Assembly (NCBI RefSeq): GCF_020745735.1
Contig: NC_083411.1
Coordinates: 34,927,263-34,991,262 of the forward strand
Reading direction: 5' to 3'
DNA from: Hemiscyllium ocellatum
Lineage: Eukaryota
DNA: 64,000 bases
How positions within the stretch are numbered: position 1 is the stretch's first letter; every line of letters starts with the position of its first letter. The position numbers were made by a program, and so were the translations under genes. The notes below the pieces were generated by a model, which searched no databases, was not told where the DNA came from, and was given only the letters and a program-made list of their open reading frames with translations. Below, piece after piece: positions 59,888-64,000 of the stretch.

Positions 59888-62791
59888 CTATACTAGCCCA
59901 ATAACTTCCAAATGCCTATCCAATGCCCGCTTAAATGAACATAAAGAAGGAGAGTTCACCACTGATACGGGCAGGGCATTCCATGAACTCACAACCCGCT
60001 GTGTGAAGAATCTACCCCTAACATCTGTCCTATACCTACCACCCCTTAATTTAAAGCTATGTCCCCTAGTAACACCTGACTCCATCATCGGTAAAAGGTT
60101 CTTAGTATCTACCCTATCTAAACCCCTAATCATCTTATACACTTCTATCAGATCTCCCCTAAACCTTCTCTTCTCCAATGAGAACAGCCCCAAGTGCCTC
60201 AGCCTTTCCTCGTAAGATTTTCCTACCATTCCAGGCAACATCCTGGTAAACCTCCTCTGCACTCGTTCTAAAGCTTCCACATCCTTCCTATAGTATGGCG
60301 ACCAAAACTGCACACAATACTCCAGATGAGGCCTCACCAGAGTCTTATACAACTGCAACATGACCTCAGGACTCCGGAACTCAATTCCTCTGCCAATAAA
60401 GCCCAGTACACCATATGCCTTCCTCACAGCACTATTTACCTGGGTGGCAACTTTCAGAGATCTGTGCACATAGACACCAAGATCCCTCTGCTCATCCACA
60501 CTACCAAGTAGCCTACCATTAGCCCAGTAATCCATCATCTTGTTATTCCTACCAAAGTGAACGACTTCGCACTTAGCTACATTGAATTCCATTTGCCACA
60601 TTTCCGCCCAGCTCTGCAACTTATCTATATCCCGCTGTAACCTACCACTTCCTTCCTCACTATCCACAACTCCACCGACTTTTGTGTCATCCGCAAACTT
60701 GCTTACCCAGCTTTCAAGTCCTTCCTCTAGATCATTTATAAAGATAACAAAAAGCAATGGTCCCAAAACAGATCCTTGTGGTACACCGCTAGTAACTGCG
60801 CTCCAAGATGAACATAATCCATCAACTACTACCCTCTGTCTCCTTCCAGCCAGCCAATTCCTAATCCAAACCTCTAATGTATCCTCAATGCCATACCTCC
60901 GAAGTTTTAGCATTAGCCTACCATGGGGAACCTTATCGAACGCCTTACTAAAATCCATATACACAACATCTACTGCTTTACCCTCATCCACTTCCTTAGT
61001 CACCTTCTCAAAGAACTCATCAAGGTTTGTGAGGCACGACCTGCCCTTCACAAAACCATGCTGGCTATCCCTGATCACGTTATTCCTACCCAGATGTTCA
61101 TAAATCTTATCCCTTACCATTCTCTCTAAGACTTTGCCCACCACTGAAGTCAGACTCACTGGCCTATAGTTACTAGGGCTATCCCTACTCCCTTTCTTGA
61201 ACAATGGGACCACATTCGCTATCCTCCAGTCCTCTGGTACTATTCCCGTTGACAATGACGACATAAAAATCCAGGCCAATGGCTCTGCTATCTCCTCCCT
61301 AGCTTCCCATAGGATCCTGGGGTAAATGCCATCAGGCCCAGGAGACTTATCTATATTCATCCTTTCCAATATTCCCAAAACCTCTTCCCTGCATATTTCC
61401 AGGGCATCCATTCTAATTATTTGTGATTCCATATTCACATCAGCAACAGTGTCCTGTTCCTGAGTGAATACTGATGAAAAGTACTGATTTAATGTCTCTC
61501 CAATCTCCTCCGCCTCCACACACAACTTCCCACTACTATCCTTGACTGGACCGATACCTACCCTAGTCATCCTTTTATTCTTGACATACCTATAGAAAGC
61601 CTTTGGGTTTTCCCTAATCCTACCAGCTAAAGACTTTTCATGTCCCCTTCTCGCTTCTCTTAGCTCCCTCTTTAGCTCCTTCCTGGCTACCTTATAACTC
61701 TCAATCGCCCCTACTGAACCTTCACGCCTCATCTTTACATATGCCGCCTTCTTCCCTTTCACAAGGGACTCCAATTCCTTACTAAACCACGGCTGCCTCA
61801 CAAGGCCCTTTACACCATGCCTGACTGGTACATACCTATCGAGGACACGCAGTAGCTGCTCCTTGAACAATCCCCACATCTCATTAGTGTTCTTCTCTTG
61901 AAGCCTGTTTTTCCAATCCACACAACCTAAGTCATGCCTCACTGCATCATAATTTCCCTGCCCCCAGCTATAGCTCTTGCCCTGCGGCGCACGATTATCC
62001 CTCTCCATCACTAAAATAAAAGTCACCGAGTTGTGGTCACTGTCCCCGAAGTGCTCACCTACCTCCAAGTCTAACACCTGGCCTGGTTCATTACCTAGAA
62101 CCAAATCCAATATAGCCTACCCTCTTGTTGGCCTGTCGACATATTGTGTCAGGAAACCCTCCTGCACACATTGTACAAACACCGACCCATCTAATGAACT
62201 CGAGCTATAGCTCTCCCAGTCAATATCTGGGAAGTTAAAGTCCCCCATAACAACCACCCTGCTACCTTCACTCTTTTCCTGAATCATCCTCGCAATATTA
62301 TCCTCTACTTCTCTAGGACTATTAGGAGGCCTGTAGAAAACGCCTAACAGGGTGACCTCACCTTTCCTATTTCTAACCTCAGCCCAAACTACCTCAGATG
62401 GCAAGTCCTCTTCCATCGTCCATTCCACTGCTGTGATACTGTCTTTGACAAGTAATGCCACGCCTCCCCCTTTTTTACCCCCATGTCTGATCCTACTAAA
62501 ACATTTGAACCCTGGAACGTGCAACAGCCATTCTTGTCCCTGTTCTACCCACGTCTCTGTAATGGCCACAACATCGAAGTCCCAGGTACCAACCCACGCT
62601 GCAAGTTCACCTACCTTATTCCTTATACTTCTGGCATTGAAGTATACACACTTCAATCCACCTTTCTGGTTACAGGCACCCTCCTTAGAGATCGCTGCAT
62701 TATTCCTAACCTCCCTACACTCAAGGTCCTGTACCCTAAAGCTACAGTCCTGGTTCCCATGCCCCCGCGGAGTTAGTTTAAACCCTCCCAA
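59888..62791 (-). pseudogene. CR1 ORF2 (APE endonuclease plus reverse transcriptase) with one in-frame premature TAG at 62117-62119
   Basis: ORFs 62117-62791 and 59888-62110 are in frame: [49 protein letters not shown] and FADD are all present. Confidence 0.95.
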
Positions 62792-63463
62792 AGAGCACTA
62801 GCAAACCTCCCCCCAAGGACACTGGTGCCCCTCAGGTTCAGGTGTAGCCCATCCTTTTTATAGAGGTCCCACCTTCCCCAGAAAGGACCCCAGTTGTCCA
62901 AAAACCGGAATCCCTCCCTCCTGCACCATCCCTGTAGCCACGCATTTAACTGCTCTCTCTCCCTATTCCTCGACTCTCTATCACGTGGCACGGGTAACAA
63001 ACCAGAGACTACAACTCTGTTTGTTCTAACTCTGAGCTTCCAACCTAGCTCCCTGAAAGCCTGTCTGACATCCTCACCCTTCTTCCTACCTATATCGTTG
63101 GTGCCAATGTGGACCACGATCTGGGGCTGCTCCCCCTCCCCCTTAAGGACCCGGAAAACACGATCAGCGACATCACGTACCCTTGCACCTGGGAGGCAAC
63201 ATACCAAACGTGAGTCCCTGTCGCCCCCACAAAACCGTCTGTCTGTCCCCCTCACTATCGAGTCCCCAAGAACTATTGCTCTACCTTTCTCCACCCTACC
63301 CTTCTGAGCAACGGGGCCAGGCTCCGTGCCAGAGGCCTGAACCTCGTTGCTTGCCCCTGGTAAGTCATCCCCCCCACAAGTATCCAAAACGGTATACTTG
63401 TTCTTGAGGGGAATGACCGCAGGGGGTCCCTGCACTGGCTTCCTCCTCCCACTCCCCCTCACT
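62773..63463 (-). CDS. CR1 ORF1 C-terminal SGNH/GDSL esterase domain (5'-truncated)
   Basis: GDSIVRG, LPGARV, HIGTND and DGLHL motifs; ends EGLN*. Confidence 0.9.
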
Positions 63464-64000
63464 ATCTGGGATGCCTTGGATAAATTCACTGCTGCCAATT
63501 CTTCTTGATGGTATTGGTTTAGTTTACCGATTTATTGAGCTGAGATGAAACCTTTGGCAGTAAATAGGCTTGCTTTGATAAAGTGTATAGATTTGTTACA
63601 TAATACTTAATAGCTACTTATATTACATACAAGATATATGATAGTCTCTTGTGAGACATCTGGCTCAACATAATAGTAAGGACATGTTACTGTTAGCTCT
63701 ATGGAATTAAGCACTAGAAGAACAATTTAGAGAGATCCTTCATAACACACTGGTAAGGACCCATGAACATTTGTTAGCATCATTGCAAAATTGAGATTTA
63801 TGTATGCTCTTCTATTTCAAAACAAAACTTCTGACTCTGTGAGACAATGTTTCCAGAATTTGCTTGCCCTTGTACTGGATTGTTACGTGCAATTTTCCAT
63901 TGATTTTTAATTTGATCCCTTCCGGACTGTTATTCTGTTATTAATAACAATGGTGCCTTGTCTGATAAAGCTATTATACTTACATATTTATTGATATTCT

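Larger units (their letters stand above)
59806..63465 (-). mobile_element. Very young CR1/HER1-type LINE, truncated within ORF1
   Basis: Near-intact ORF1 C-terminal part and ORF2, 3' stem-loop gggccgaagggcc, (GTTCTAT)n tail, ACTAT at both ends (59804-59808 / 63461-63465). Confidence 0.97.

Noticed and set aside
60003-63407. Plus-strand ORFs antisense to the young CR1
   Set aside because: Shadow frames of the conserved ORF1/ORF2 with no independent motifs.
63464-63498. N-terminus MAAVNLSKASQ as a host-ORF1 fusion
   Set aside because: It starts at TTG in flanking DNA beyond the truncation point; chance in-frame extension.
1-64000. CRISPR array, prokaryotic operon or defence system
   Set aside because: No regularly spaced repeat-spacer array and no gene-dense organisation; the content is vertebrate retroelements.

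Overview
This is eukaryotic, repeat-dense vertebrate DNA, most likely from a shark or other cartilaginous fish. That call is inferred from HE1-type V-SINEs, SacSINE1/DeuSINE-like SINEs and HER1/CR1 LINEs. I see no intact host protein-coding gene, no rRNA or true tRNA gene and no CRISPR array. Almost all long ORFs belong to retroelements: many CR1 LINE copies (one very young, 59806-63465), Neptune-type Penelope-like elements (PLEs), two decayed Gypsy LTR elements, RTE and L2/CR1-like fragments, SINEs and a Tigger/pogo-like MITE. Three signals stand out. (1) Three distinct families of type I hammerhead ribozyme motifs sit in PLE terminal repeats, including a tandem pair at 47381-47550 whose two damaged halves complement into one canonical hammerhead. 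(2) A phased U_UUA_AAC slippery heptamer directly before the ORF1 stop is present in three diverged CR1 copies; where ORF2 can be read it lies in the -1 frame, and the youngest copy has no upstream AUG, which suggests programmed -1 frameshifting. (3) Scattered minus-strand exon-like relics in CARD-like then NACHT-like order may be a fossil NLR immune gene (low confidence). Boundaries of old repeats are approximate and all family assignments were made by eye.
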